Shown here: positions 25,766-37,700 of the stretch, one piece after another
Numbering within the stretch: the first letter of the stretch is position 1
Layout: every line of letters starts with the position of its first letter
Assembly: GCA_040954595.2 (NCBI GenBank)
Contig: CM082592.2
Location: forward strand, 1,426,001 to 1,490,000
Direction of reading: 5' to 3'
Length of the DNA: 64,000 nucleotides
Source: Balanoglossus misakiensis
Lineage: Eukaryota; Animalia; Hemichordata
Notes under the pieces: model-generated
Databases searched by the model: none
What the model was told of the DNA's origin: nothing
What the model saw: only the letters and a program-made list of their open reading frames with translations
Translations under genes and position numbers: made by a program

Positions 25766-26157
25766 AGGCTCCATGGACAAAACTGATTCGTCTGAGATCC
25801 AGATCCGGACAGCAGCTTTTCGGCCGAGATTCGATTTTATCGGGGGGAATCTTTCCCCCGTCTACCCAAAAATGACTCCAAATATGATGTAATTAACTTC
25901 CGAGCCGCTCGCTTTCTGATTTTCTCTTGTGTTTACCTGTTGAGATCGCCATATTGAATACAGTGAGGTTATCTCAATGGGTAAACACAAAAGTTTCAGA
26001 AAGCGAGCGGGTCGGATGTTAGAAGAAGTCAATCGCGGAGTCGGTTATAACCGGTTAGTAGACAGGGAAAGGATATTCTCCCGATAAAATCGAATTTCGG
26101 CGAAAAGCTCTGGTACGGATCTGGACCGCAGACGCACCAGGTTTGTCTAAGGAGCCT
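25766..26157. mobile_element. ~390-bp foldback MITE
   Basis: AGGCTCC..GGAGCCT ends; TTCGATTTTATCGGG / CCCGATAAAATCGAA and CCGCTCGCTTTCTGA / TCAGAAAGCGAGCGG inverted pairs; TSD not clear. Confidence 0.75.
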
Positions 26158-26611
26158 TAGCATCACAATGTTCATGACAGGCTTCGCCTACCAACTCCTC
26201 TGAGTTAAGCCCATACACTAGTTCTTTATTGGGAATTGGTATTGTTTATCTGACATAATTGTTCTTTCTACTCTGTATACAAAGTCACAACTTCACAACT
26301 ACCAAATGCTATTGTTCTTGAATTATGCAGTGTTACCAAATGTCACAGTTCAAAACACTGTATATAAAGAAGTATTGGCCATCCCGCCCCTCTCTCTTCA
26401 TTCCGAACCTATTCCCAAGTGTACGCGGTACATTTGTTGGTGCCGAGACCAGGATGTCGGGCATGGAGAGAGAGAGAGAAGAACAGCAGAAGAGGCCACC
26501 GCAGTCAAATGACCAAACTCATCCGTAGGGTTGAAGATATAAACACAGGCGAAGTTCCTCAACAGATCGTTTTCCTAAAGGCCATAATTTGAAACATGAT
26601 AGAGAAACTCA

Positions 26612-26905
26612 AGATTTCCAAGCACTGACCCTGTCAATGCTTGGAAATTTCCAGGCTCTCACATTCCCCGAGTGTCTGCATATTTCCAGCCACTAACCCT
26701 GTCAGTGCTTGGAAATTTCTAGGCTCTCACATTCCCTGAGTGTCTGGAAATTTCCGACCACTGACCCTTGACAGTGCTTGGAAATTTCTAAGCTCTCACA
26801 TTCCCTGAGTGTCTGGAAATTTCCGACCACTGACCCTTGTCAGTGCTTGGAAATTTCCAGGCTCTCACATTCCCTGAGTGTCTGGAAATTTCCGACCACT
26901 GACCC
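26612..26905 (-). repeat. 69-bp tandem array (~4 copies), inverted relative to 25315-25697
   Basis: Reverse complement of the same unit (CTCTCACATTCCCTGAGTGTCTGGAAATTTCCGACCACTGACCCTTG). Confidence 0.95.
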
Positions 26906-27618
26906 TTTTCTTGTGAGGCGTCTAATTGCTTATGACAGAGTGCTAAATCGCGGAACCATCACAGACGGCAGAACAAGCATACCCACAAATGAGTGTACTT
27001 CAGATACATTTTCAGGACGTTTCAACTTGCGTATAGCTTTGATTTGTTTGTCATCGCAACGCATTCCAGTTTTATCAAATATGAAGCCAAAGAAATTTAT
27101 TTCAGAGACCGAGAACTTGCATTTTGACAAACCAAGTGTTAATACATTGGTAGCTAAACGAGACAAACATTCATTGAGTGCCTTATCATGTGATTTGTGA
27201 TCTGTACCATGATCGTCAGAAATACTTTCTACACCTGGAATATCTTGCAGAATTAAATACATTTCATTTTGGCAAATTTCAGATGCTGCATTGATACCAA
27301 AGGGAAAACGTTAATACCGACGTAGCCCTACATGAGTACCAATTGTGGTCATGTTACGAGATTCCTGATCAAGTTCAAACTGCAAATAATGTTTGTTTGC
27401 ATCCAATTTGCTGAATACAGTGGAACCATGGAGTTTTGTTCGAATTTCTTGTACAGTTGGAGTTACATGACGTTCTCTCTGAATAGCCAGATTTGGAGCT
27501 CTATAATCTCCACAGATTCTTACTTTGTCAGTATCGGGTTTAGGGACAATAACAATTGGACTCACCCAGGGTGTTGGACCATCAACTTTCTCCAAAATAT
27601 CAGCATCTTCTATTCGTG
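26906..27618 (-). pseudogene. Gypsy (Mag-like) reverse transcriptase, decayed; probably same element as 23290-24785
   Basis: PTPWVSPIVIVPK..VRICGDYR..N..SKLDA..YLQFELD..RY*RFPFG..ISDD..KCKFSVSEINFFG..EVHSFVGM; RNase H missing between the two pieces. Confidence 0.92.
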
Positions 27619-28029
27619 TGATGCGGCTCACAACCCACACCCGCGACCAATATGGCCCAACAAGAGGTGATAGGGGCGATAACCTCATAGTGTTTTACCA
27701 GCGCCGTAAAGTTTCACTTTGCCGATATTTATGTATACACTATATACAAACTAAAATCAAGAAATTTACAATGTTTTCTTCATATTTCGAAAGCACGGTA
27801 ATTCATAAACAATTGAAAATTATATGAACGCTTTGTAAATCAAACTATTTTAAAAAGTTGTCTGATTTTGCGCAAAATAATTTGAGTAGATTACAGCGTA
27901 CGTACACTCACAATTTTATACGCTGTCTCTCTTTTTCCAATAAAACAAATGCTTGTTACATGGCAACAACCTATGCAAAGGTTCCCATTGAAATTATCAC
28001 AACTTTTTTTAGTTATTGCGTATATGTTC

Positions 28030-28737
28030 TTCCAGACCGTTTACCGCCAATACCACAGCACCGCAACAGCTCTTCTGAGAGTCCACAATGACATCTGCAC
28101 AGCACTCGACTCTGGAAAATACGTTTTACTCATCTTACTGGATCTTTCCGCCGCATTCGATACCATTGATCACGGGATACTTCTTCGTAGACTATCGAAC
28201 CTTGGCATTTCAGCCACAGTATTAACATGGTTTCGTCTTACCTTCATGATAGATATCAAACTGTAATCATCGAAAACACTGCAGGTTCACAGTCACCTCT
28301 CGTATACGGGGTGCCACAAGGCTCCGTCCTTGGCCCTCTGTTGTTCACCATTTATATAGCCCCACTTAGTGAACTGATTCGTCGCCACAATCTACAATTT
28401 CACCAGTACGCTGATGATAACCAGCTATACCTTGCCTTTTCCCATCAAGATTCAACCTATGCCGTTCAATCTCTGGAGATCCGTATCCGTGACATAAAGG
28501 CATGGATGACACAAAATAAATTACACCTAAATGACAACAAAACCGAAGTTCTTGTTATTCGCTCAACATTTATTTGTCTTCCTGATCCTATTCCATCCGT
28601 CAATATCGGCTCTGCATCTATCACTCCAGTAACAACAGCACGTAATCTTGGAGTTGGCTTTGATAGTATCCATTTGTATAAACAGCACATCAAGAATACC
28701 TGTAAGTCTATCTATTTTCATCTTCGACACGTCAGAT
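28030..28737 (+). mobile_element. L2-clade LINE reverse transcriptase, 5' half (truncated by the satellite)
   Basis: HSTATALL..LLDLSAAFDTIDH..GVPQGSVLGPLLF..YADDNQLY..WMTQNKLHLNDNKTE..RNLGV..YFHLRHVR; one frameshift ~28230. Confidence 0.95.
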
Positions 28738-31700
28738 AACCAGGCCAGAGTGGATACCCTCATGCCCATTAAATGTGTTTTGTGAGGTCAACCTTTGCGT
28801 CAACATTAACAAGACCAGAGTGGACACCCTCATGCCCATTATATGAGTTTTGTGTTAACCAGGCCAGAGTGGACACCCTCATGCCCATTAAATGTGTTTT
28901 GTGAGGTCAACCTTTGCGTCAACATTAACCAGGCCAGAGTGGACACCCTCATGCCCATTAAATGTGTTTTGTGAGGTCAACCTTTGCGTCAACATTAACC
29001 AGGCCAGAGTGGACACCCTCATGGCCATTAAATGTGTTTTGTGAGGTCAACCTTTGCATCAACATTAACCAGGCCAGAGTGGACACCCTCATGCCCATTA
29101 AATGTGTTTTGTGTTAACCAGGCCAGAGTGGACACCCTCATGCCCATTAAATGTGTTTTGTGTTAACCAGGCCAGAGTGGACACCCTCATGCCCATTATA
29201 TGTGTTTTGTGAGGTCAACCTTTGCGTCAACATTAAATGTGTTTTGTGTTAACCAGGCCAGAGTGGACACCCTCATGCCCATTAAATGTGTTTTGTGAGG
29301 TCAACCTTTGCGTTAACATTAACCAGGCCTGAGTGGACACCCCCATGCCCATTAAATGTGTTTTGTGTTAACCAGGCCAGAGTGGACACCCTCATGCCCA
29401 TTAAATGTGTTTTGTGAGGTCAACCTTTGCGTCAACATTAAATGTGTTTTGTGTTAACCAGGCCAGAGTGGACACCCTCATGCCCATTAAATGTGTTTTG
29501 TGAGGTCAACCTTTGCGTTAACATTAACCAGGCCAGAGTGGACACCCTTATGCCCATTAAATGTGTTTTGTGAGGTCAACCTGTGCGTCAACATTAAATG
29601 TGTTTTGTGTTAACCAGGCCAGAGTGGACACCCTCATGCCCATTAAATGTGTTTTGTGAGGTCAACCTTTGCGTTAACATTAACCAGGCCAGAGTGGACA
29701 CCCTCATGCCCATTAAATGTGTTTTGTGAGGTCAACCTTTGCGTCAACATTAAATGTGTTTTGTGTTAACCAGGCCAGAGTGGACACCCTCATGCCCATT
29801 AAATGTGTTGTGTGAGGTCAACCCTTGCGTTAACATTAACCTGTCCAGAGTGGACACCCTCATGCCCATTAAATGTGTTTTGTGTTAACCAGGCCAGAGT
29901 GGACACCTTCATGCCCATTAAATGTGTTTTGTGAGGTCAACCTTTGCGTCAACATTAAATGTGTTTTGTGTTAACCAGGCCAGAGTGGACACCCTCATGC
30001 CCATTAAATGTGTTTTGTGAGGTCAACCTTTGTGTCAACATTAAATGTGTTTTGTGTTGACCAGGCCAGAGTGGACACCCTCATGCCCATTAAATGTGTT
30101 TTGTGAGGTCAACCCTTGCGTTAACATTAACCAGTCCAGAGTGGACACCCTCATGCCCATTAAATATGTTTTGTGTTAACCAGGCCAGAGTGGACACCCT
30201 CATGCCCATTAAATGTGTATTGTGAGGTCATCCTTTGCGTCAACATTAACCAGGCCTGAGTAGACACCCCCATGCCCATTAAATGTGTTTTGTGAGGTCA
30301 ACCTTTGCGTCAACATTAACCAGGCCAGAGTGGACACCCCCATGCCCATTAAATGTGTTTTGTGAGGTCAACCTTTGCATTAACATTAACCAGGCCAGAG
30401 TGGACACCCTCATGCCCATTAAATGTGTTGTGTGAGGTCAACCCTTGCGTTAACATTAACCTGTCCAGAGTGGACACCCTCATGCCCATTAAATGTGTTT
30501 TGTGTTAACCAGGCCAGAGTGGACACCTTCATGCCCATTAAATGTGTTTTGTGAGGTCAACCTTTGCGTCAACATTAAATGTGTTTTGTGTTAACCAGGC
30601 CAGAGTGGACACCCTCATGCCCATTAAATGTGTTTTGTGAGGTCAACCTTTGTGTCAACATTAAATGTGTTTTGTGTTGACCAGGCCAGAGTGGACACCC
30701 TCATGCCCATTAAATGTGTTTTGTGAGGTCAACCCTTGCGTTAACATTAACCAGTCCAGAGTGGACACCCTCATGCCCATTAAATATGTTTTGTGTTAAC
30801 CAGGCCAGAGTGGACACCCTCATGCCCATTAAATGTGTATTGTGAGGTCATCCTTTGCGTCAACATTAACCAGGCCTGAGTAGACACCCCCATGCCCATT
30901 AAATGTGTTTTGTGAGGTCAACCTTTGCGTCAACATTAACCAGGCCAGAGTGGACACCCCCATGCCCATTAAATGTGTTTTGTGTTAACCAGGCCAGAGT
31001 GGACACCCTCATGCCCATTAAATGTGTTTTGTGTTAACCAGGCCAGAGTGGACACCCTCATGCCCATTATATGTGTTTTGTGAGGTCAACCTTTGCGTCA
31101 ACATTAAATGTGTTTTGTGTTAACCAGGCCAGAGTGGACACCTTCATGCCCATTAAATGTGTTTTGTGAGGTCAACCTTTGCGTCAACATTAAATGTGTT
31201 TTGTGTTAACCAGGCCAGAGTGGACACCCTCATGCCCATAAAATGTGTTTTGTGAGGTCAACCTTTGCGTTAACATTAACCAGGCCAGAGTGGACACCCT
31301 CATGCCCATTAAATGTGTTTTGTGAGGTCAACCTTTGCGTCAACATTAAATGTGTTTTGTGTTAACCAGGCCAGAGTGGACACCCTCATGCCCATTAAAT
31401 GTGTTTTGTGAGGTCAACCTTTGCATTAACATTAACCAGGCCAGAGTGGACACCCTCATGCCCATTAAATGTGTTGTGTGAGGTCAACCCTTGCGTTAAC
31501 ATTAACCTGTCCAGAGTGGACACCCTCATGCCCATTAAATGTGTTTTGTGTTAACCAGGCCAGAGTGGACACCTTCATGCCCATTAAATGTGTTTTGTGA
31601 GGTCAACCTTTGCGTCAACATTAAATGTGTTTTGTGTTAACCAGGCCAGAGTGGACACCCTCATGCCCATTAAATGTGTTTTGTGAGGTCAACCTTTGTG

Positions 31701-34700
31701 TCAACATTAAATGTGTTTTGTGTTGACCAGGCCAGAGTGGACACCCTCATGCCCATTAAATGTGTTTTGTGAGGTCAACCCTTGCGTTAACATTAACCAG
31801 TCCAGAGTGGACACCCTCATGCCCATTAAATATGTTTTGTGTTAACCAGGCCAGAGTGGACACCCTCATGCCCATTAAATGTGTATTGTGAGGTCATCCT
31901 TTGCGTCAACATTAACCAGGCCTGAGTAGACACCCCCATGCCCATTAAATGTGTTTTGTGAGGTCAACCTTTGCGTCAACATTAACCAGGCCAGAGTGGA
32001 CACCCCCATGCCCATTAAATGTGTTTTGTGTTAACCAGGCCAGAGTGGACACCCTCATGCCCATTAAATGTGTTTTGTGTTAACCAGGCCAGAGTGGACA
32101 CCCTCATGCCCATTATATGTGTTTTGTGAGGTCAACCTTTGCGTCAACATTAAATGTGTTTTGTGTTAACCAGGCCAGAGTGGACACCTTCATGCCCATT
32201 AAATGTGTTTTGTGAGGTCAACCTTTGCGTCAACATTAAATGTGTTTTGTGTTAACCAGGCCAGAGTGGACACCCTCATGCCCATAAAATGTGTTTTGTG
32301 AGGTCAACCTTTGCGTCAACATTAAATGTGTTTTGTGTTGACCAGGCCAGAGTGGACACCCTCATGCCCATTAAATGTGTTTTGTGAGGTCAACCCTTGC
32401 GTTAACATTAACCAGTCCAGAGTGGACACCCTCATGCCCATTAAATATGTTTTGTGTTAACCAGGCCAGAGTGGACACCCTCATGCCCATTATATGTGTT
32501 TTGTGAGGTCAACCTTTGCGTCAACATTAAATGTGTTTTGTGTTAACCAGGCCAGAGTGGACACCCTCATGCCCATTAAATGTGTTTTGTGAGGTCAACC
32601 TTTGCGTTAACATTAACCAGGCCTGAGTGGACACCCCCATGCCCATTAAATGTGTTTTGTGTTAACCAGGCCAGAGTGGACACCCTCATGCCCATTAAAT
32701 GTGTTTTGTGAGGTCAACCTTTGCGTCAACATTAAATGTGTTTTGTGTTAACCAGGCCAGAGTGGACACCCTCATGCCCATTAAATGTGTTTTGTGAGGT
32801 CAACCTTTGCGTTAACATTAACCAGGCCAGAGTGGACACCCTTATGCCCATTAAATGTGTTTTGTGAGGTCAACCTGTGCGTCAACATTAAATGTGTTTT
32901 GTGTTAACCAGGCCAGAGTGGACACCCTCATGCCCATTAAATGTGTTTTGTGAGGTCAACCTTTGCGTTAACATTAACCAGGCCAGAGTGGACACCCTCA
33001 TGCCCATTAAATGTGTTTTGTGAGGTCAACCTTTGCGTCAACATTAAATGTGTTTTGTGTTAACCAGGCCAGAGTGGACACCCTCATGCCCATTAAATGT
33101 GTTTTATGAGGTCAACCTTTGCGTCAACATTAACCAGGCCAGAGTGGACACCCCCATGCCCATTAAATGTGTTTTGTGTTAACCAGGCCAGAGTGGACAC
33201 CCTCATGCCCATTAAATGTGTTTTGTGAGGTCAATCTTTGCATTAACATTAACCAGGCCAGAGTGGACACCCTCATGCCCATTAAATATGTTGTGTGAGG
33301 TCAACCCTTGCGTTAACATTAACCAGGCCAGAGTGGACACCCTCATGCCCATTAAATGTGTTTTATGAGGTCAACCTTTGCGTCAACATTAACCAGGCCA
33401 GAGTGGACACCCCCATGCCCATTAAATGTGTTTTGTGTTAACCAGGCCAGAGTAGACACCCTCATGCCCATTAAATGTGTTTTGTGAGGTCAACCTTTGC
33501 GTCAACATTAAATGTGTTTTGTGTTAACCAGGTCAGAGTGGACACCCTCATGCCCATTAAATGTGTTTTGTGAGGTCAACCTTTGCGTCAACATTAACCA
33601 GGCCAGAGTGGACACCCACATGCCCATTAAATGTGTTTTGTGAGGTCAACCTTTGCGTCAACATTAAATGTGTTTTGTGTTGACCAGGCCAGAGTGGACA
33701 CCCTCATGCCCATTAAGTGTGTTTTGTGAGGTCAACCCTTGCGTTAACATTAACCAGTCCAGAGTGGACACCCTCATGCCCATTAAATGTGTTTTGTGTT
33801 AACCAGGCCAGAGTGGACACCCTCATGCCCATTAAATGTGTATTGTGAGGTCATCCTTTGCGTCAACATTAACCAGGCCTGAGTAGACACCCCTATGCCC
33901 ATTAAATGTGTTTTGTGAGGTCAACCTTTGCGTCAACATTAACCAGGCCAGAGTGGACACCCCCATGCCCATTAAATTTGTTTTGTGTTAACCAGGCCAG
34001 AGTGGACACCCTCATGCCCATTAAATGTGTTTTGTGTTAACCAGGCCAGAGTGGACACCCTCATGCCCATTATATGTGTTTTGTGAGGTCAACCTTTGCG
34101 TCAACATTAAATGTGTTTTGTGTTAACCAGGCCAGAGTGGACACCCTCATGCCCATTAAATGTGTTTTGTGAGGTCAACCTTTGCGTTAACATTAACCAG
34201 GCCAGAGTGGACACCCTCATGCCCATTAAATATGTTGTGTGAGGTCAACCCTTGCGTTAACATTAACCAGGCCAGAGTGGACACCCTCATGCCCATTAAA
34301 TGTGTTTTATGAGGTCAACCTTTGCGTCATCATTAACCAGGCCAGAGTGGACACCCCCATGCCCATTAAATGTGTTTTGTGTTAACCAGGCCAGAGTGGA
34401 CACCCTCATGCCCATTAAATGTGTTTTGTGAGGTCAACCTTTGCGTCAACATTAAATGTGTTTTGTGTTGACCAGGCCAGAGTGGACACCCTCATGTCCA
34501 TTAAATGTGTTTTGTGAGGTCAACCCTTGCGTTAACATTAACCAGTCCAGAGTGGACACCCTCATGCCCATTAAATGTGTTTTGTGTTAACCAGGCCAGA
34601 GTGGACACCCTCATGCCCATTAAATGTGTATTGTGAGGTCATCCTTTGCGTCAACATTAACCAGGCCTGAGTAGACACCCCCATGCCCATTAAATGTGTT

Positions 34701-37700
34701 TTGTGAGGTCAACCTTTGCGTCAACATTAACCAGGCCAGAGTGGACACCCCCATGCCCATTAAATGTGTTTTGTGTTAACCAGGCCAGAGTGGACACCCT
34801 CATGCCCATTAAATGTGTTTTGTGTTAACCAGGCCAGAGTGGACTCCCTCATGCCCATTATATGTGTTTTGCGAGGTCAACCTTTGCGTCAACATTAAAT
34901 GTGTTTTGTGTTAACCAGGCCAGAGTGGACACCCTCATGCCCATTAAATGTGTTTTGTGAGGTCAACCTTTGCGTTAACATTAACCAGGCCAGAGTGGAC
35001 ACCCTCATGCCCATTAAATATGTTGTGTGAGGTCAACCCTTGCGTTAACATTTTTCAGGCCAGAGTGGACACCCTCATGCCCATTAAATGTGTTTTATGA
35101 GGTCAACCTTTGCGTCAACATTAACCAGGCCAGAGTGGACACCCCCATGCCCATTAAATGTGTTTTGTGTTAACCAGGCCAGAGTGGACACCCTCATGCC
35201 CATTAAATGTGTTTTCTGAGGTCAACCTTTGCGTCAACATTAAATGTGTTTTGTGTTAACGAGGCCATAGTGGACACCCTCATGCCCATTAAATGTGTTT
35301 TGTGAGGTCAACCTTTGCGTTAACATTAACCAGGCCAGAGTGGACACCCTCATGCCCATTAAATGTGTTTTGTGAGGTCAACCTTTGCGTCAACATTAAA
35401 TGTGTTTTGTGTTGACCAGGCCAGAGTGGACACCCTCATGTCCATTAAATGTGTTTTGTGAGGTCAACCCTTGCGTTAACATTAACCAGTCCAGAGTGGA
35501 CACCCTCATGCCCATTAAATGTGTTTTGTGTTAACCAGGCCAGAGTGGACACCCTCATGCCCATTAAATGTGTTTTGTGAGGTCAACCTTTGCATTAACA
35601 TTAACCAGGCCAGAGTGGACACCCTCATGCCCATTAAATATGTTGTGTGAGGTCAACCCTTGCGTTAACATTAACCAGGCCAGAGTGGACACCCTCATGC
35701 CCATTAAATGTGTTTTATGAGGTCAACCTTTGCGTCAACATTAACCAGGCCAGAGTGGACACCCCCATGCCCATTAAATGTGTTTTGTGTTAACCAGGCC
35801 AGAGTGGACACCCTCATGCCCATTAAATGTGTTTTGTGATGTCAATCTTTGCATTAACATTAACCAGGCCAGAGTGGACACCCTCATGCCCATTAAATAT
35901 GTTGTGTGAGGTCAACCCTTGCGTTAACATTAACCAGGCCAGAGTGGACACCCTCATGCCCATTAAATGTGTTTTATGAGGTCAACCTTTGCGTCAACAT
36001 TAACCAGGCCAGAGTGGACACCCCCATGCCCATTAAATGTGTTTTGTGTTAACCAGGCCAGAGTGGACACCCTCATGCCCATTAAATGTGTTTTGTGAGG
36101 TCAACCTTTGCGTCAACATTAAATGTGTTTTGTGTTGACCAGGCCAGAGTGGACACCCTCATGCCCATTAAGTGTGTTTTGTGAGGTCAACCCTTGCGTT
36201 AACATTAACCAGTCCAGAGTGGACACCCTCATGCCCATTAAATGTGTTTTGTGTTAACCAGGCCAGAGTGGACACCCTCATGCCCATTAAATGTGTATTG
36301 TGAGGTCATCCTTTGCGTCAACATTAACCAGGCCTGAGTAGACACCCCTATGCCCATTAAATGTGTTTTGTGAGGTCAACCTTTGCGTCAACATTAACCA
36401 GGCCAGAGTGGACACCCCCATGCCCATTAAATTTGTTTTGTGTTAACCAGGCCAGAGTGGACACCCTCATGCCCATTAAATGTGTTTTGTGTTAACCAGG
36501 CCAGAGTGGACACCCTCATGCCCATTATATGTGTTTTGTGAGGTCAACCTTTGCGTCAACATTAAATGTGTTTTGTGTTAACCAGGCCAGAGTGGACACC
36601 CTCATGCCCATTAAATGTGTTTTGTGAGGTCAACCTTTGCGTTAACATTAACCAGGCCAGAGTGGACACCCTCATGCCCATTAAATATGTTGTGTGAGGT
36701 CAACCCTTGCGTTAACATTAACCAGGCCAGAGTGGACACCCTCATGCCCATTAAATGTGTTTTATGAGGTCAACCTTTGCGTCAACATTAACCAGGCCAG
36801 AGTGGACACCCTCATGCCCATTAAATATGTTGTGTGAGGTCAACCCTTGCGTTAACATTAACCAGGCCAGAGTGGACACCCTCATGCCCATTAAATGTGT
36901 TTTATGAGGTCAACCTTTGCGTCAACATTAACCAGGCCAGAGTGGACACCCCCATGCCCATTAAATGTGTTTTGTGAGGTCAACCCTTGCGTTAACATTA
37001 ACCAGTCCAGAGTGGACACCCTCATGCCCATTAAATGTGTTTTGTGTTAACCAGGCCAGAGTGGACACCCTCATGCCCATTAAATGTGTTTTCTGAGGTC
37101 AACCTTTGCGTCAACATTAAATGTGTTTTGTGTTAACGAGGCCATAGTGGACACCCTTATGCCCATTAAATGTGTTTTGTGAGGTCAACCTTTGCGTTAA
37201 CATTAACCAGGCCAGAGTGGACACCCTCATGCCCATTAAATGTGTTTTGTGAGGTCAACCTTTGCGTCAACATTAAATGTGTTTTGTGTTGACCAGGCCA
37301 GAGTGGACACCCTCATGTCCATTAAATGTGTTTTGTGAGGTCAACCCTTGCGTTAACATTAACCAGTCCAGAGTGGACACCCTCATGCCCATTAAATGTG
37401 TTTTGTGTTAACCAGGCCAGAGTGGACACCCTCATGCCCATTAAATGTGTTTTGTGAGGTCAACCTTTGCATTAACATTAACCAGGCCAGAGTGGACACC
37501 CTCATGCCCATTAAATATGTTGTGTGAGGTCAACCCTTGCGTTAACATTAACCAGGCCAGAGTGGACACCCTCATGCCCATTAAATGTGTTTTATGAGGT
37601 CAACCTTTGCGTCAACATTAACAAGGCCAGAGTGGACACCCCCATGCCCATTAAATGTGTTTTGTGTTAACCAGGCCAGAGTGGACACCCTCATGCCCAT

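Noticed and set aside
1-27618. Both Gypsy remnants being one element
   Set aside because: Opposite strands, and each has its own dissimilar integrase C-terminus
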